Shown here piece by piece: positions 55,201 to 57,707 of a stretch of DNA of 57,707 nucleotides. The DNA comes from Saprospiraceae bacterium (GTDB lineage Bacteria; Bacteroidota; Bacteroidia; Chitinophagales; Saprospiraceae): positions 1 to 57,707 of the forward strand of contig JAHQVP010000002.1 in assembly GCA_019634275.1 (NCBI GenBank), written 5' to 3'. The notes beneath the pieces are model-generated. The model was not told the origin of the DNA. It did no database searches and saw only the letters and a list, made by a program, of their open reading frames with translations. Positions within the stretch are counted from its first letter, which is position 1. Each line of letters opens with the position of its first letter. The translations under genes and the position numbers were made by a program.

Positions 55201-57360
55201 ATGAATCAGAACATCATTTATATCATTCCCGTATTTGGCGTTGTCGCCCTTCTCTTTACTTTTTGGCGCTCCAGCTGGGTAAACAAGCAGGAAGTGGGTA
55301 CCGAAAAGATGGGACGTATTGCCAAAAATATTGCCGACGGTGCAATGGCTTTCCTTAAAGCAGAATACCGCGTACTGGCCATATTTGTCGTTGCAGTGGC
55401 AGTCTTACTTGGATTCTCCGGAATGACTGAAGACAGCTCACCGCTCATTGCACTGTCTTTTGTTCTCGGGGCCTTTTGTTCTGCAATGGCGGGATATATT
55501 GGCATGAGGGTAGCCACCAAAGCAAATGTTCGTACAACCAATGCGGCAAGGACAAGTCTGGGGAAAGCCCTGGAAGTTGCTTTTACAGGTGGTTCTGTCA
55601 TGGGTTTAGGCGTTGTTGGATTGGGTGTATTGGGCCTCGGATTGCTCTTCATTGTCTATTCCAACATGGGATGGGATGTCTACAAAGTGATCAATGTGAT
55701 TACTGGATTTTCCTTCGGAGCTTCGTCCATTGCCCTTTTTGCCCGTGTGGGTGGAGGTATTTACACTAAGGCCGCTGACGTAGGAGCGGACCTGGTGGGT
55801 AAGGTTGAAGCCGGAATTCCAGAAGATCATCCCCTCAATCCAGCGACCATTGCGGACAATGTGGGGGACAATGTTGGCGATGTGGCTGGAATGGGTGCCG
55901 ACCTGTTTGAGTCGTATGTTGGTTCAATCATTGGAACCATGATCTTGGGTGCTGCCTTTATCGGTCTAGGTGGATTTGAACAGACCAACGATTTCGGTGG
56001 CCTCAACGCAGTGCTGCTGCCTCTGGTCTTGGCAGGGTTGGGCATTATAACCTCGATCATTGGAACATTCTTCGTTCGCGTCAAAGACGGTGGTGATCCA
56101 CATAAGGCACTAAACATGGGAGAATTCCTGTCTGCAGGCCTTATGCTGGTAGTGACGTTTTTGGTAATAAAATGGATGTTGCCCAGCACTTGGTCATTTC
56201 AGGGTGCAGAATATGGATCTACGGGTGTCTTTATTGCCGTGATCCTGGGACTTGTTTCTGGACTTTTAATTGGTAAGGTCACTGAATACTATACCGGAAC
56301 AGGGACAAAACCAGTAATGTCTATCGTAGATCAAAGCCTGACCGGATCCGCGACCAACATCATTGCGGGCTTAGGTGTCGGAATGCAATCAACGGCCATT
56401 CCAATCCTCATACTGGCAGCAGCTATCATAGGAGCACATCATTTTGCAGGATTGTATGGGATCGCCATTGCAGCCGTTGGGATGCTCTCGAATACTGGAA
56501 TTCAGCTGGCCGTGGACGCCTATGGACCCATTTCAGACAATGCTGGAGGGATCGCGGAGATGGCCGAATTAGAAAAAGAAGTACGCCAACGAACTGATAA
56601 GTTGGATGCTGTAGGAAATACAACCGCTGCAATAGGCAAAGGATTTGCCATCGGTTCAGCTGCACTCACAACATTGGCGTTGTTTGCGGCCTTTATGACC
56701 GTGGCAGACATCAGCAGCATTGATATAGGGAAGCCGCGTGTATTTGGTGGCCTTCTGGTGGGAGGCATGTTGCCCTTCTTGTTCTCCGCCTTGTCCATGA
56801 ATGCCGTTGGTCGTGCTGCAATGGACATGATTCAGGAGGTGCGCAGGCAGTTCAAGACGATCCCTTCGCTCAGTGCTGCATTGGAGGTTATGAAGCGCAA
56901 TGAAGGAATAGAGATGGACGATTGGTCAAGCGAAGACCGCAAGATTTTTGACGAGGCGGATGGCAAAGCCGAGTATGACAAATGCGTGGCGATCTCTACT
57001 AAAGCATCCCTTCGTGAGATGGTCATTCCTGGTTTGATTGCCGTCATCAGCCCTGTATTGGTTGGATTTGTTTTTGGTGCAGAACCACTCGGGGGATTGC
57101 TGGCCGGCGTGACGGTGTGCGGTGTCCTCATGGCCATCTTTCAGTCTAATGCCGGCGGAGCATGGGACAACGCTAAGAAGATGTTTGAAGAGGGAGTTAC
57201 AATTAACGGAGAGCGGTACTTGAAAGGATCAGATCCTCATAAGGCTACGGTCGTAGGCGATACAGTAGGAGATCCGTTTAAGGACACTTCAGGTCCTTCA
57301 TTGAATATTCTGCTTAAGTTAATGTCAGTAGTGGCGGTCGTCATTGCTCCATTCCTTTAG
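55201..57360 (+). CDS. hppA: Membrane-integral pyrophosphatase, K+-dependent subtype
   Basis: [43 protein letters not shown], and [18 protein letters not shown]. About 16 TM helices. 719 aa. Confidence 0.95.
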   Translation: MNQNIIYIIPVFGVVALLFTFWRSSWVNKQEVGTEKMGRIAKNIADGAMAFLKAEYRVLAIFVVAVAVLLGFSGMTEDSSPLIALSFVLGAFCSAMAGYIGMRVATKANVRTTNAARTSLGKALEVAFTGGSVMGLGVVGLGVLGLGLLFIVYSNMGWDVYKVINVITGFSFGASSIALFARVGGGIYTKAADVGADLVGKVEAGIPEDHPLNPATIADNVGDNVGDVAGMGADLFESYVGSIIGTMILGAAFIGLGGFEQTNDFGGLNAVLLPLVLAGLGIITSIIGTFFVRVKDGGDPHKALNMGEFLSAGLMLVVTFLVIKWMLPSTWSFQGAEYGSTGVFIAVILGLVSGLLIGKVTEYYTGTGTKPVMSIVDQSLTGSATNIIAGLGVGMQSTAIPILILAAAIIGAHHFAGLYGIAIAAVGMLSNTGIQLAVDAYGPISDNAGGIAEMAELEKEVRQRTDKLDAVGNTTAAIGKGFAIGSAALTTLALFAAFMTVADISSIDIGKPRVFGGLLVGGMLPFLFSALSMNAVGRAAMDMIQEVRRQFKTIPSLSAALEVMKRNEGIEMDDWSSEDRKIFDEADGKAEYDKCVAISTKASLREMVIPGLIAVISPVLVGFVFGAEPLGGLLAGVTVCGVLMAIFQSNAGGAWDNAKKMFEEGVTINGERYLKGSDPHKATVVGDTVGDPFKDTSGPSLNILLKLMSVVAVVIAPFL

Positions 57361-57528
57361 GGGCAGACATACTTCTTTTTTCCTGGATCTCTTCCTCTTT
57401 CTCTAAACCAATATTGGTTAGGGAAGCGTTAAATAGGATCTGATGCCGTCTTGGTGGAAAACTTTTTCTGCCATTTTCGAGTATCTTTAAATAGATCTGA
57501 CGTCTTGTAATTAAGAAAAGGAACAGGA

Positions 57529-57707
57529 ATGATTTTACGAAGCATCATCATACTATGCATTGCAATTGGGGGATTTGTACTTAAGTCCTTTGCTCCAGAA
57601 AAAGTTGACATAGCGAAAAAGGAAGAACTGACACTACAGGCCGTGGTCAAATTCCTTGAGCGAGTACACTATGACCCCAAGACCATAGATGATGAACTGT
57701 CCGAGCA
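57529..57707 (+). CDS. Probable carboxy-terminal processing (S41, tail-specific) peptidase, N-terminal fragment running off the window
   Basis: Absent from the track because the frame is open-ended. ATG 57529 gives MILRSIIILCIAIGGFVLKSFAPEKVDIAKKEELTLQAVVKFLERVHYDPKTIDDELSE. A signal anchor plus the HYxPxxxDDxxS N-terminal helix is typical of Prc/CtpA-like proteins. Only 59 codons are visible. Confidence 0.45.
   Translation, partial: MILRSIIILCIAIGGFVLKSFAPEKVDIAKKEELTLQAVVKFLERVHYDPKTIDDELSE

Noticed and set aside
57429-57650. A 73-aa minus-strand ORF at the window end.
   Set aside because: It overlaps a plus-strand open frame that starts at 57529 with a signal anchor and a Prc/CtpA-like N-terminal helix. 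The minus-strand product has no recognisable features.

Overview
The window is dense, mostly housekeeping chromosomal DNA from a Bacteroidota genome. The phylum call is an inference from a complete porP-gldK-gldL-gldM-gldN type IX secretion/gliding operon, a PorX-type regulator, the relA-fur-purA gene order and TAnnTTTG-type promoter boxes; I cannot resolve it further. About 50 CDSs and one tRNA-Leu(TAG) are supported. I found no CRISPR array, IS element, integrase or prophage signature.

Recognisable genes:
- Nucleotide and cofactor metabolism: tdk, purH, coaX, purA, glyA.
- Replication, translation and proteostasis: recG, rbfA, relA/spoT, tig, clpP, clpX, truA.
- Other: a fur-family regulator, hppA, a SAMHD1-like HD dNTPase and a beta-CASP nuclease.

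Most unusual observations, none verifiable here without database searches:
1. A metal ABC importer is split across the window. Its only permease (13.3-14.8 kb) is fused in frame to a complete DtxR/MntR-like regulator module. The regulator, binding-protein and ATPase genes lie about 38 kb away (52.6-55.0 kb). Both loci carry an 18/22-identical palindrome (TTTAG-N6-CTAAA core) 17-20 nt upstream of their start codons.
2. A translationally coupled RimK ATP-grasp ligase, AstE/AspA-type M14-like metallopeptidase and PBP4 trio.
3. A putative glycan module next to the gld operon: two GT2 enzymes, a GT-C-like membrane protein and a divergently transcribed beta-helix lipoprotein.
4. A 719-aa OmpA-family protein built from 19 copies of a 23-aa repeat, with two different peptidoglycan-binding domains.
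5. porX followed by a beta-CASP nuclease and a coupled pair of an uncharacterised lipoprotein and an outer-membrane-like protein.

All family calls rest on motifs I read in the translations. All functional links are inference.
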